Assembly (NCBI RefSeq): GCF_006345805.1 | Contig: NC_042998.1 | Location: forward strand, 119,474,001 to 119,538,000 | From: Octopus sinensis | Taxonomy: Eukaryota | DNA: 64,000 bases | Direction: 5' to 3' | Part shown: positions 36,793 through 50,347 of the stretch, one piece after another | Numbering within the stretch: position 1 is the stretch's first letter | How the letters are laid out: every line of letters starts with the position of its first letter | Notes under the pieces: model-generated | Seen by the model: only the letters and a program-made list of their open reading frames with translations | Told to the model about the DNA's origin: nothing | Database searches by the model: none | Made by a program: the position numbers and the translations under genes

Positions 36793-37145
36793 TCCACTAA
36801 AATCCGTTCTGTCTGTCTGCGTGTGTGTGTCTTCTAGGATCTTCAGCATCCTCCATCCGATTGCGCTCAAATTTGATACGTAGATACCGACGGTATCAGG
36901 GCGTGTATAAGTCTTGAAAAAATTACAAAAATCGATTCCAGGTGAGAATGCGATCGATAAAGCCGTGTGAAAGTGCATTTGTACGCGCAAGTATATCAGT
37001 CGAAATCCGTCTTTTGCTGGTGTCTCAAATTTAGGTTAAATCAGTATTTCTCAAAGGGGACAGTCGGACAAGTTATTTTGAGAAAATTTGGTTTAAACGT
37101 TTGACAACTCAACACCGTCCACTGGACGGAGAGGTGTTTAGCTCG
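36793..37145 (+). mobile_element. Non-autonomous Helitron-like element
   Basis: Homologous to 59791-60154; (GTCT)n near the 5' end; 3' hairpin ccgtcca-c-tggacgg followed ~12 nt later by CTCG|T. Confidence 0.7.
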
Positions 37146-37289
37146 TATAATATATATCTGCTAAAACGGAAGCCTAATACGGATCCCTAGCTCCAGCCTC
37201 AGCTGTGAACTTCGAACATAACGCATGACCAATTATAGCACTTAGCATATCTATTCGTTTAGATCACCAGTGAACTAAAACCCTCATAT

Positions 37290-37333
<44 letters not shown>

Positions 37334-38234
37334 TATACACTCACATTTACATATATACATACATACATACATACTTGTATACACGCATATATATACTAAT
37401 GGCCCCTCACTATCATAAAGTCGCAGTATCATACCAATTACAATTACTAACACACACACACACACACACACATGCACATACACACACACACACACATGCA
37501 CATACACACACACCACAAGAACATGATAATACATACTCATATATACATGAACGTGCACACACTTGCACCCGCAACCCTGCAGCCACAATGTTTAAATCCC
37601 AGACACCCCGACAGAAAAATTCAGTCACCCAGAACTTCTTGTAAAGGCTGCAGACGTGTAGCGAAAGACTTTGAAAATTCAGTCTATTAATAGGAATTAA
37701 TAGGAAAACAACAATCTAAAAATATATTCTAGATAGCGAAACTTCAAGCTGAAGTATGCTTAATAGACAGTATAACACTCCCAAAGTCCGACTGTGTGTC
37801 ACCCTTTGTGTGTGTGTGTGTGTGTATTTGCGTGCAGTAGCAGCTACTCAACTATAGTAGGTGGTTATTATCATTGAATGGCAATAACCACCCTAAGAAA
37901 CAACCATAAATTCCTAACATTGACACGGAGACACATATTGAGGTGGGGTGCAGAGGTAAAATCGACTTAGAAATATCCCTCGGTACCTAACTAGCTATTC
38001 TTTTATCGAGCCTAAAAAATAAAAGGCAAAATGCTACAAGATTTGGACTGATAACAGAGAGAGACTTAACCAAATTCCACAAGGAATTTTGCCCAACACT
38101 GCCCACAAGGCAATAGGTCCAATATTGCACACAAGACACTTTGTCCAACACCATCTACAAGGCGAATCATACCTCATATCAAAATACACTCTTAAAGAGG
38201 AAAAGCAAAATGTAGGCTTACATACACTCTAAAC

Positions 38235-38522
38235 CAGTGGTTCCCAAAGTGGGCGGCACCGCTGCCCTGGGGGCGGTGAAATGATCCAGGGTGGCACTGA
38301 AGAAAAATGGGGTGATAATGGAGTGATCAAAACGGGGAAAATGATGTAAAAAAAATGGGTTAATTAGGTTAAGTTTTATTTGTGAAATATTGTTGTTTTG
38401 AATTTGCTGCAGAAAATGGTCTATGTCTGTGATGGTAAGTGGTGGTGGTGGTGGGAGGGGGCACTAGAAATGTGGCCTTAGAACCAAGGGGGCGGCAGCG
38501 TGAAGAAGTTTGGGAACCACTA
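38235..38522. mobile_element. hAT (Charlie-like) MITE, 288 bp
   Basis: TIR cagtggttcccaaa / tttgggaaccacta; perfect 8-bp TSD ctctaaac at 38227-34 and 38523-30. Confidence 0.93.
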
Positions 38523-39262
38523 CTCTAAACAGCCGGATGGGTTACGTTTAGAATGCCTTTGGTTTAGGTGGGGTGATTCTGTCCACACGAGCCTACACAT
38601 TGTTAAATAACAATAAACGTTTTCTTTCGATAAATGAAAATGGTGATGACGACTACGATTATGATGATAACTATGATGATGAATAGCAAAAGTACGACGT
38701 TGACGATGATGATGACGAGGATGACGACATTGACGGCGATAATGATACTAAGGATAAGGAGGAGGAGGATTATGCTGGCATTGTCTACTACAACTACGTT
38801 ATTTTATAGTATTGACTAATGTTTTAAAAGTAGGTTGCGCAGATATGGCACAACCAGCTCTGACATGCTTCTATGATGATTGACTAACGACATAATTACA
38901 ATTCTAATTATGAAACTAGAGTGTGGGGATGAGAGAAAGAAAGAGATTAATTCTACATTAACATTCTAGCTATTTTAAAATGAATCGCTTAGTTAATGCG
39001 GATTACTGCATTGAGCTGGCTACAAGTTGAGGATCACTGTGACATAATCTCGACCGTATTATTAGATTCAGCTGACAAAAAGTACAAAGGCCTTCTTATA
39101 TTTCAGAGGAATTGGAGATAGAAATTTATGACGCTCATGGCCATCTCATGAGAATTAGCGAAACAAGCGAGACAAATTACTTTAATCGCCCGTCGAAACC
39201 TCTTTTTGGCGAGCCAACGAGAAAGCTTTTAACTGGTTAAAAATTGCAGCTAAATCTCTCTC

Positions 39263-39320
<58 letters not shown>

Positions 39321-39549
39321 TCTCTCTCTCTCCTAACTATCTTTTTAAAAAACTAACTGGATAATGAAGACCTTGATATAGTTTGTGAGTTGGTTTGTAC
39401 GTTGGCTGCGTTTTGATCACAGATTTATGCAATCAGGACTAACTTTGAGTCAAACAATATCTATAGGAGTATGAGATGAGGGGAATTAATATGTATTTCT
39501 TTGTAACAATTGCTGAAAGAAAAAGAGACGAGAAGAGGACTATATATAT

Positions 39550-39774
39550 TTCTTTACTACCCACAAGATGCTTAAGACAAAGGAGACAAACAAAGACAGA
39601 CAAATGGATTAAGTCGATTACATCGACTCCAGTGAACTGGTACTTAATTTATTGACCCCGAAAGGATGAAAGGCAAAGTTGACCGCGGCGGAATTTGAAC
39701 TCAGAACGTAACGGCAGACGAAATACGGCTACGCATTTCGCCCGGCGTGCTAACGTTTCTGCCAGCTCGCCGCC
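39550..39774 (-). mobile_element. tRNA-headed SINE, family A
   Basis: Minus strand ggcggcgagctggcagaaacgttagc...ctgagttcaaattccgccgcggtc. Confidence 0.88.
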
Positions 39775-40659
39775 TTCGAGAAGAGGACTATAGGAATACT
39801 GGAAGGAAAAAGTCAGATGAATCGTGTGGTAGTTAGTGAGATTCGGTTATCGTTGTAAAAGTGACGCAGACATTGGCCAATGATATATGGCGACATATGA
39901 AATTTTGGGGACGCAATGAGGGAGTCTCTACTTTGTTATCCAACCTGTTAGAAATAACAACTAATAGGGCAAGTTATACATACGTCGACAGATGTCAGAA
40001 CAGTTACCACAAGGAAAAGTAGACTGTTGTGTTGGAGCATTCGTAGCGATGTCATTTTTAGCTCTTTCTATGTCCGCTTTTCCTGTCATTGCGAAACAGA
40101 ATTCGCAGAATGCTAGATTGTAGGTTTTGCTCAGGGATTATAGGTTGGGATTAGACCGTCAGGTGATAGGTTAATGTTATCCTACCGTCTTAAAAGTAGA
40201 AGAATACCTTGAATAATAAACATAAACATTGACATGTTATGCTGAAAAACATCTGCGATTCCCGAGCGGCTTTACACAATCTCGTTAAGTAACTCGCCTT
40301 TCCAGGTTCAAATTTTGCCAAACCGGTTTATGCAAGTTGAGATTTAGGGAACGATAATCCAGAGATCAAGTGATGTCGGTTTGATCCCGAGATTAGCGTC
40401 ACTGCACAAATTCTTCCACTTTTTCCCGTGCGAATAATCGGGAAAATCTGTTTATTTCCCAACATGCAGTGAGACAGTACTTATAACCTCCTTCACAGCT
40501 CCTAGACAGTTTTTTTTCTCGTTCGGCAAAGCAGGTTTAGATGGACACAGTTGACAACTGCAGAAGCAAGTAACTATATTTATATAAAATTATATAACTT
40601 TATTTCGTATACTGAATACTCATGATTTTTGCATTATAAACCTTCGTTCGTTACATATA

Positions 40660-40740
40660 CGTGTGCGAGAAATACACACACTCACAAACCCACCCTCACA
40701 CCCATACACAGCACTTATCAATTTATCTATCTACTTATCT

Positions 40741-40800
<60 letters not shown>

Positions 40801-41403
40801 GAAACAACTAAGGTTGTCATCATTCTTGTTGTCGATAACGGTGGAGAGGGTAAAAGATGTTTTAAGCAGTATTGTATGACACAAGTCGATAAAATGCTGG
40901 GCGTGGTTACTTTTCAGCTATTGTATTAGCAACGATAAGAATTATGATGGTGATGAAGACGGTGCTAGATGGTGGAGGCCGGTAGCGGGATTTGTGATGG
41001 GTTTCAGGACACTTGTGGTGTTGGCAGTGTTGGCACCGGCAGTGATGGCGACGGCAGTAGTGGTGGGGGCGGCGATATAGATGGTAGTATTGGTGTTGGT
41101 ACTGGTACTGGTGCTAGCAGTGGTAGTAGGGTGGGTTTAATAGTGTTTGTGATGCTTATAGTTGTGGCGATAGTAGTAGTGGTGATGTAACTATAGCTAT
41201 CATGGAGGCGATGTTGAAGATGGTGAATTAGTTGTTATTAATGTTGTGATGAAAATGACGGTAGGGAACCGTAGTCCTTGAGGTCTTCGCGGTGATGATG
41301 ATAATGGAGATAATTACATTCATGATGGTGGTGTAGGGTTATCTTTTTCATAAGCAGCTGCAACATCAGACAACTACTTACTTGTAAGTAGTTTTCTGTC
41401 TGA

Positions 41404-41440
<37 letters not shown>

Positions 41441-41600
41441 GGTGTGTGTGCGTGCGTGTATGTGTATGTGTGTGTGTGTATGTCTGTGTGCGCATGTGTG
41501 TATGTGCGTATTGCGTATGTGTGTGTGTGCGGGAGGGTGTGCGTGTATGTGTGTGTATGTATGCATGTGTGTGTGTGCGCGCGCGTGTGGGTGTAGTATG
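40660..41600. repeat. Microsatellite/low-complexity region (CA, TA, GGT/GAT, TG)
   Basis: Directly visible. Confidence 0.85.
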
Positions 41601-42366
41601 TACGATGTTCTCAAATTCACCAACAAATACAATAAGAACTGTAGTTATTGCTGCTTGTGTTATCTTTGTCAAGACAGATAGACCTTCCAGCAATATGTTT
41701 TCAGTTCGTTTTCCCGCCGCTACTGTTGAAAAAAAAGGCGGAAAATGAGTTGAATGATGTTAGTGAATAGTTTTACTGCTGGCGCTCTAGTTGTTCCCTG
41801 AATTATGCAAAATACATCCCCTACAAACGCAGCCATCGGTTTTGACAAATAGGCTATAGACTGGAAAAGCTGTATATTTTAGTGTTTTCTTTTTTTCTTA
41901 AATCTTCACTGGAGAATTTCATGCACAGTTGGTGTTCTTCCATTTCACAATTAATGAATTAAGTTACACAAATTAACTTACGAATTAACTTGCGCAAACA
42001 TCTCGGTTGTCTTGTGGTATGTTTTATTGTTGACAGAATGAGTAAAGGGAGGAATGGATTGAAACCCATGTTTAAGTTCTGTATTAAAATCCTGTTGGTT
42101 TCGATTTTAGCTTTCGATATTCTGGATGTTGATAAAGCCAAATGACAGTCTGATAGGAGTATCGAGCGAATCGACCACATAGTTCTATAAAATGTATATC
42201 TTCTGCGTAAATAAGAAATCATTGTTATTGTTGTTGTTGCTGTTGTTGCTATTGTTGTGGAAAAATCGAAAAATGAAAAGAGAAACATAGCAACGAAAGT
42301 CAATAGGACGTAAACAGTGAATGTATTAGGTTGACGCTCAGTTCAAGGTGGAAAAAAAGTGGGGTA

Positions 42367-42400
42367 GGTGACGTTTCGAGCATGGCTCTTCGTCAGAAAA
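42367..42400 (-). ncRNA. Minimal hammerhead-like motif with canonical CUGACGA core
   Basis: Minus strand ctgacga-a-gagc-cat-gctc-gaaac-gtc; stem III is the zero-loop palindrome ACGU; stem I not evident. Confidence 0.5.
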
Positions 42401-42859
42401 AGGAAAGAGTAAAGGTCTGAAGAGAACGAAGAAAATAATCCAAAAAAATTTTGTGTATGGTTTTGCATGTTTGAATTTTCCATTGATGATCAAAGTAGAG
42501 GCTAGCAAGGTGTAGTATGACGATTGCTTCTCCTCTGCACTGTCTGATTATATTGAACTTCAGTGTAATATTTAAGAGCTAATGATGTTACTGGACATGA
42601 TGACGATGATGATGATGTGTGTGCGCGCGCGTGCGTGTGCATGTGCATGTGTTTACTGGTTAGACTGAATGGGTGTAATAGTAATTTAATGATGATGTTG
42701 CGGTAGTTGATACTCTTGTAGTTGTTTAGCCCCGGGTCAGACCTAACATAGAAGTTCTATGATCAGCAATGGTTGAATTATGTTTAACTCCTATTTAAGG
42801 TACAGACTAGCAAAAATTGTTGACACATGTAACTTTTCTCCTTTTTTTAAGAAAGTAAG

Positions 42860-42868
42860 ATGTTGTTG

Positions 42869-42957
<89 letters not shown>

Positions 42958-42958
42958 G
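42860..42958. repeat. (TTG)n(CTG)n(TTG)n trinucleotide repeat
   Basis: Directly visible. Confidence 0.95.
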
Positions 42959-43508
42959 GTGTTTAACCTAAGATCAACTTCGATTAAGCAAAACTATGAT
43001 CAAGAGCATTCCATCTGTGTTCATTCATCTTAATTTCAGGTTTAAGGTAATGAATTTCTTGAATCTCCGTTTCCTTCCTGTTCAAAGAGAGTCGAATATG
43101 AGTTGAGAAAAATTTCGTAGCCATTTTCAGCATCTGTATGTGTGCATATATATGTATGTAGGTGTGGGTGTGTGTATGTATATATTCATGTATGCTGGCA
43201 TGTACGTTTGCATGCATAAATGCACACACACTCTCACACACATATGCATGTATATATATATACACACATACATGTATGTGTGCATATATAAGTGCATGTA
43301 TGATGTGTGCGTGTCTGTCTGTTCGCGGGGGGGGATGCCACATACAGTGCTTGGTACTCTGTCCCCTGGTATATCCAGGTGGTCTTAAGTTTTGAATATT
43401 TTTCTTAATTTTATATAATGTGACATATGGGCGTGGTCTGCATACAACATGTGATGGGGCGGAAAGTATTGTTTAGTGGGGTGAATTCCGTGTGTGTGTG
43501 TGTGAGAA

Positions 43509-43564
<56 letters not shown>

Positions 43565-44386
43565 TGTGTCGAATTTTGTTTTGTTAAGCAGATTGGAAGC
43601 CGTTGATTATGCTGTAAAATTATATTCATGCTGTTACCGTTTGTTGTTGTTATTGTTGTTGTTTCTGGTGTTGTTGATGTATGTAATAGATACGTAATAG
43701 ATATCTCCACGTAAAGCTAAGACTAGTGCTTCCCAAACTGATAAATATCCGCCCTACTTACATCCCACTTTTCAGGCTACCCTATCAAAACAGTGAAATT
43801 TTTCGTCCCTCTCCTATTCATTATTAATGAAAATGCAAAATAGAGTTTGCCTCCATATAATTTTCGCTTCTTTGGTATGCTACTGGAGACGTTAAGAAAA
43901 TATCAAAATTATCTTAATATAAATAAACACAGCAATTTATCTGCCCCTCTTTTGAGACACAGATAATGTAATCCTAGATACGTTGTGTTTCCTTTCTGTT
44001 TAAAGAAAGTAGTATGTAATTTGAAGGAGATATGGCTGTTATTTCCATACGGTCAAGTGACTGTATAGACGTTGTGCTGTTGTTGTTGTTGTTAGTGTTG
44101 ATGTTCAAATCCTGATAAAATTAAATCAAGCGCACCCATGATCAAATGTTCCAGCTGAGACCATCTTGCCTATATTTTATACACAACATTTTCAAGGCGA
44201 TCCAAAATTAATTAAATTCAAAGTGAACCAAGAAAATATCTCCAGTACACGAACGCATACAAAAAGAACGTTAAGAAATATAATCTAACAAAAGCTATTT
44301 TGTTAGATTTATATTTTGTTAGATCAGCCTGGATTTTTCATCCCTCTTTTTCTTCTCATACATACATGCATACATACAGACAGACA

Positions 44387-44425
<39 letters not shown>

Positions 44426-44429
44426 CACA

Positions 44430-44461
<32 letters not shown>

Positions 44462-45139
44462 TACATACATATATATATATAAAATTTTAAAATAGGATAA
44501 AATCTTTATCAAATAGTTAACGTGAAAAACCTCATAAGGGAAAGAGTTCCTCGTAGCGTGAGGCATTTATGTATAGTAATGCTCTTAATATAAATATATA
44601 TATACAACAATTTTTTTATAATTATGAATATAATTATAATTAGGGTTCAGCAAAAAAATTTGCTTCATCACATACCGAAAATTTAGATATAGCAGCCAAA
44701 CACCTAGCTATTTCTCTACCGTAAGAGAATCTCCCAGATAACATATACTCAAAAACAATCCACGTAGGTAAAGAGAAAAAACAACGAAATTCACCCGGTA
44801 ATTTGATTAACTGTGGACGCGTTTCGGAGTTAGATAGATATGAAAAATGCAAAAACCACATCTTCATATTATCATTCTCGCTCATCAGCACAGTATTTCG
44901 AGATTTTAAATTTGAGAGCACTGAAAAAATTGAACATATCTATCTGAATCCAAGCGACATCAGATAAAACTATATCCAATGACCAGTACCAACGAATTCA
45001 AAACATACCAATGAGATCTCGCATTTCCCCTCACTCACCCACGTGTGTTGTCGAGCAAAACATTCTACAGAAATTCTACCCTTTATTATTATTGATAATA
45101 TAATTCTCTCCTTGATAATAAACTACAGTTTTTTCTGTA

Positions 45140-45585
45140 GAATTTTCTCTCTTTGCTCCTTTGCGCCACATGGGCTCAACTCCCCTCCCCTCTTCATCTA
45201 ACCCTCCTCCTCTCTCCTCTCTTCCTCTCACACCTATTTCCTCCCACCCACCTCTCCTCTCTTGCTCTGGCACCTACTTTCTCTCTTCACTCCTTCCCAC
45301 CTTCTCCTTTCCACCCTCTCCCTTCATCGTCACCCCCTCCGTCGTTACCCCAACCCTACACATTCCAACCCCACCATCCCTATATATCCCATGAATCCCC
45401 ACCCCATCCCTTAGACCCCACCCTTGCTTCACCCACTCTCTATCGTCCCTGTTTATTTTTGTGTTCCTTTTTCTCGAAGAGGGTAGGCTCGAAACGTAAA
45501 AGACTTTCCCACTTCCCGAGCTTTAAACTAATACATCTGTTTGTTGTTTATACACTCGTCTTCGCCCTTAATTTTTTTTGTAAAT

Positions 45586-45590
<5 letters not shown>
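45140..45590 (+). mobile_element. 3' end of the same PLE family as 21357-22722 (last codons of GIY-YIG, C/T-rich UTR, hammerhead-like terminus), ending in (TA)n
   Basis: tcctttgcgccacatgggctcaactcccct = SFAPHGLNSP (compare SYTPFGLNSP); ctcgaagagggtaggctcgaaacgtaaaagac at 45473-45504. Confidence 0.75.
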
Positions 45591-45627
<37 letters not shown>

Positions 45628-46076
45628 TGAGAGCTAGATATACTCAGTATAGAAAACATATAGTGGTGATCTGGTAAACTAGCTTTCTTTATCGGCATTG
45701 ATTTACAAATATACAATTGTATATACATGCATATTAGTGCGGACATGTAAACATAATTTATCATACATTGAAATTATTATGACATGAAGAAGGTTGCGAA
45801 ACGGCCGTAAGGATAGCAAGTGGCTACATAAATATTTTCACCTTTCATGCCTCCTGACTCTTTAGGGTCTTATATACTCCTCATGAAATAATTTCGTGTA
45901 TTAGATCCCCTGGATTTCAGCTCCATCGAACTCTGTACTATACTCTTCTGTATAGAATTACTATGTGGTCAGTTAGTCGTGTTCACCAGAGCAGTTTTCT
46001 GTGAAAACCACACGATTCTATGGATTCATATATTATTCTACAACTTTATATATATATATATATATAGATATATATA

Positions 46077-46116
<40 letters not shown>

Positions 46117-46117
46117 C

Positions 46118-46258
46118 ATAATCATCCTCTCACACCGTCTTCGATGAAGGGATATACTTAATAAATATCCTGGAAACAGCTGTAAGACCTTCTATCTATA
46201 AATGTTCTAATATCTACACAGCCTTGGTTTTTTTATCTCATTACGCAAAAAATTCTTA
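46118..46258 (+). mobile_element. PLE terminal segment with hammerhead-like motif (46137-46188, core UCGAUGA), between (TA)n tracts
   Basis: gtct-tcgatga-a-gggatat...atatcct-g-gaaac-agct-gta-agac; homologous to 22882-23012(-). Confidence 0.75.
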
Positions 46259-46339
46259 TATATATATACCGGAGTAAACACATAAATGTGAAACAAGGTG
46301 GAAAAAAGAGTACTCAAATACCAGTGGTAGAGTAATATG

Positions 46340-46506
46340 CTTTATTTAAAGCAGCAGAAAATTCAACAAAACCTGTTACTCTGAGTTTCCCGTTGCCGTT
46401 CATCGGACAGTTTTTGCTAGAAAAAACTGCAAAAACTGTCCGATGAACGGCAACGGGAAACTCAGAGTAACATGTTTTGTTGAATTTTCTGCTGCTTTAA
46501 ATAAAG
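46340..46506. repeat. Fold-back: 78-bp arms with 1 mismatch and an 11-nt spacer; each arm is a complete hammerhead-like motif
   Basis: 46340-46417 is the reverse complement of 46429-46506. Confidence 0.95.
46432..46478 (+). ncRNA. Minimal type I hammerhead motif with CCGAUGA core (mirror copy on - strand at ~46368-46414)
   Basis: Stem I aaaac-tgt / aca-t-gtttt; ccgatga(46440-46); stem II a-cg-gcaa-cg-g; GAAAC(46457-61); ac-tcaga-gt stem III; GUA(46467-69). Confidence 0.7.
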
Positions 46507-46671
46507 TATATATATATATATACATATATATATAATATATATGCGTGTATGTATGTATGTATGTATGTATGTATGTATGTATGTATGTATGTATGTATGT
46601 ATGTATGTATGTCTGTATGTATGTATGTATGTATGTATGTATGTATATATATATATGTGTGTGTGTGTGTA

Positions 46672-47092
46672 GAGGCGCATGGCTTAGTGGTTAGGGTGTC
46701 AGCATCATGATGTGAATATTGTGGTTTCGATTCCTGGACCGAGCGACGCGTTTGACACCAGGAAACCGAGCCGATGAGCCTCGCTAGGCTTTAAAATAGA
46801 CGCAGTGGAGATGCAATGGCCCAGTGGTTAGGGCAGCGGTTTCGATTCCCAAACCGGGCGTTGTGTGTGTTTATTGAGCGAAAGCACCTAAAGCTCCACG
46901 AGGCTCCGGTAGGAGGTGGTGGCGACCCCTGTTGTACTCTTTCGCCCCAACTTTCTCTCACTCTTTCTTCCTGTTTCTTCAGTTACGCTGCATTGGACTG
47001 GCGTCCCGTCCAACTTGGGGTAACACATACGCCATAGAAACCGGGAAACTGGGCCCATGAGGTAGGCTAAGCTTGAAAAAGGGCGCATAAAT
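46672..47092 (+). mobile_element. Two adjacent family-B-related tRNA-headed SINEs (46672-~46795 internally deleted; ~46806-47092)
   Basis: ggcgcatggcttagtggttagggtg...ggtttcgattcctgg; the second has tggcccagtggttaggg...tttcgattccc and shares the 3' block actggcgtcccgtcca...gccatagaaaccggg with 32885-33126. Confidence 0.8.
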
Positions 47093-47114
47093 AAATATCC
47101 CCAAATACAACAAC

Positions 47115-47173
<59 letters not shown>

Positions 47174-47629
47174 CATGTATGTATATGTATGTATATGTAT
47201 GTATGTATGTATACGTGCAGATTTGTATGTTTTGTTTGAGGTATGTCTTTTCACGCATATGCTTGGATATCTAGAGAAGCTCATATATACTTAAATGATA
47301 AACACCTGGAAAGTTTTACAAATTTTGACAGTTCCAGTGATGGCTTGGATCTGTAGTCTTCGAATCTGCTTTTTCCTTTCCCGTTTTGAGAATGGATGGA
47401 TGGATGGATGGATGGATGGATGCAGATATGTATGTGTATTTCTTAACTTGAATTAATCATTTAGATGACTATTTCATTACTAAAAGTGTGACTGACTGAA
47501 ATATTTGGCTCACTGCATCAATTATGTTAGCTTCTGCTTGACGAATAATAGAAATGATTTTGTGTTTTGGTTTTTATTTTTTACAAAGGAGGAGATAAAT
47601 GTACCCTGGGTGGAGAGGCAAGAGAAGAC

Positions 47630-48050
47630 GCAAGAGATAAAGAGAGCAACGTACAAGGCTTTAGTGTAGGACTATTTCAGGAGCGGCTTGAGGACTTAGT
47701 GTAGGCCAGCCAAAGTGACCAATCGAGAGTCTACAAGGTTTTTTTCCTTAGCAGGAGCTATGAAATAACAGGAGTGAATGAAAGAAGTCCCTTCGATGTA
47801 AAGCGGAAGCTCCGGAGAAAGCATCTAAGTGGATCTAGCTAAAAAGAAACGACCCGTAGGTTCATTAGAATACCACTTAATAAGAGAGCCACTGAATGTC
47901 GAGCTTCTTAAAATTGAGGTTGTTTTATTGTCGAAGGATAGACTGAGTTGTCACTGAAGAATGTTTTTGAGGTCACTGCTCAAATCGCTTAATTCTTTTA
48001 GAAACAGTACTAGTCTGAGAGGAGGTGTCAAGGCCAGTGATTTTCTTAGG
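47630..48050 (-). mobile_element. Possible highly decayed CR1/Jockey-like RT C-terminal fragment
   Basis: Weak matches: SDLKNILQ*..SLSFDNKT; SFRFTSKGLLSF; IVLH*SLVRC (compare LYKSLIRP). Confidence 0.3.
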
Positions 48051-49213
48051 AAGCAATGTTCCAATCCTTATCATGGACAAGGTTTAGAGCTAGTTGGACA
48101 AAACACACACTTTTCACTCGAGCTTTGCATGATTTGTCTTTCTCCTACCCTACAACAAAGGTAACAGACTTCTACAGTATATGTATGTTCTTGTGTGTAT
48201 ATATATAAAGCCAAGAATCGAAACTTTAGTCTTCATGTTTGCTTCCTTTGTTCTTGGAGTTTAAACTTAGAATTTATTAGTTCAACCAGTCAAATTCGAC
48301 ACCATCATATGCGAGATAGGAGTTCAGTCTTGTTAAGCCCATTGACTTCCATTGTCAATGACGTTTAGCACAGCTATATACTGAGATACCTATAGAAAAG
48401 ATCCCTCTTTTGCTGGTGTCTCTTACAGACAGTTTACTTCTGCCATCATAGAAATCAGAGACATAGTTTTCACACACACACACACAAATTACTTTGCGCG
48501 AGCTTTGCTTGACTTACCTTTTCTTCCTCCCGCACAACAACGTAATTTCTACAAGCACTGACATGAAATTATCTGTCAAAACTTACTCCAACTCGTCGTG
48601 GTTGTGAAATTTCATAACGGTTCAAGAAAATCTTGCTTCTTCTTTAACTATGCAACATGCAGCCTTTCTCAAGCTTCTCGACCTGCCACAATCTACCAGT
48701 TAATTATGTTGTTACATTTAGTGACCCCTACTTGTTACTTTTAACAGCTACATTTATGTATATTTATATACCTACACGCAGCGTCATTATAAAGCTCTTG
48801 TACAACTTTAATTCTCTATAAGATACGATTATTCTGTGAATAGTGTTAAGTGAAATAATCTATTACATTCTTAAATCGATTTATTTCTGATATTATTCGT
48901 TTATAACATGTCAACCTTCAATGTGAATATAAACCGTGATATGATTCTGAAATTCTGTAAGTATGTTTTGTAGCTAATTTTCCTCTAGAGGGCAAGGTTT
49001 TATTGAATAAATTTTTACCTTACATCTCATAAAATAAAGTGGTTAGTAATTTTTTTATATATAGTTAATTATCAATTATAATATTTTAGCTAATAACGAT
49101 AAATTATATAAAAAACCTTTTAAATTTTCTTGACAAGTTAATCCTATAATATATACGACCAGAATTTGCATTCAAAGATTTTTTATATAAAACTCAATAT
49201 TACAGAAGGTCTT

Positions 49214-49626
49214 GGATCTTTTCGGTTTGAACGGCAGTTTTTTAAAATAATTTCCACGTAACTAAACACTTTTAAACTTCGTATACTGGTAGAATGTGTT
49301 TATAAAACATCTTTTTCTCTTGGCTTTATTGAGAAAATTCTATAGTTTGTAAGATATTTGTTGTTTTTTCTTCAATTTCTGAAATTTCAACCAATCAATG
49401 ACCTCTATTGAGGTGAAAACATTCTGTACCGTATGAATGTGTCCCTCGTTTAAGAAACAGATTGGGTTTATTTAAATTTCTGAAGAAAAAAGATACCCTT
49501 CCCCCACCACTAACCCTAACCCTAAAACAGATTGAAATGCAATAGATCGATACTAGGGTCATAATTATGGGCGACAATTTCATATGACACCGCTAGAAAA
49601 AACTGCCGTTCAAACCGAAAAGATCC
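49214..49626. mobile_element. MITE, 413 bp, 29-bp perfect TIRs starting GG, 8-bp TSD; Merlin-like
   Basis: TIR ggatcttttcggtttgaacggcagttttt; TSD aaggtctt at 49206-13 and 49627-34; internal taaccctaaccctaa at 49511-25. GG termini with an 8-bp TSD fit the Merlin superfamily. Confidence 0.8.
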
Positions 49627-49636
49627 AAGGTCTTTA

Positions 49637-49697
<61 letters not shown>

Positions 49698-50257
49698 CAA
49701 CAAAAACAACAACAACACCACCAACAACAACAACGATAATGATAATCTAGACACATGTGCACACATTTAGATATTGTGCCGGATGTGCACCCAAAATCTC
49801 CCACGAAATAATACAACCACTGAGGTTAGTGTCAGACTAAATATTAGGAAAGTTACTGTAACCCAGACAGTTAAAACTTTCTACTCTCTTTTTCTTTTTT
49901 CATGTATTTATATTTTCATCCCTCGTTTATTTATTTATTTATTTTGGCTTATTTTATGTTGTTATTGTTTTGTTTTCTTTTGTTGTTGTTTCCCACACTT
50001 TGTTTTTATTTTTACATTTAACTAAACCACCATGTTTGTCCCTGTCGTCTCTCACAAAGAGGTGCGAGAGCTTGCGTAAAAGGGCGGGAAAGAAGAGAGA
50101 GGGGGGGGCATTGAGATTTAAGAGACAGCGTGTAGGAAACAGAGAAAAAGAATAATAGAGACAGAGGGAGGAATGTAGGCAAACAGAGGAATTGAGAAGT
50201 AGAAAGAGAAAAAGAGAGAGTACAGTGAGCAGAGAGAGACAAAGACAAGATTTTAAA

Positions 50258-50347
<90 letters not shown>

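Noticed and set aside
42860-42958. Polyglutamine exon from (CAA)(CAG)(CAA) on the minus strand
   Set aside because: The flanks show no coding character or clear splice context; similar trinucleotide runs are common in this window.
49511-49525. Telomere or interstitial telomeric array
   Set aside because: Only two TAACCC units, located inside a MITE.
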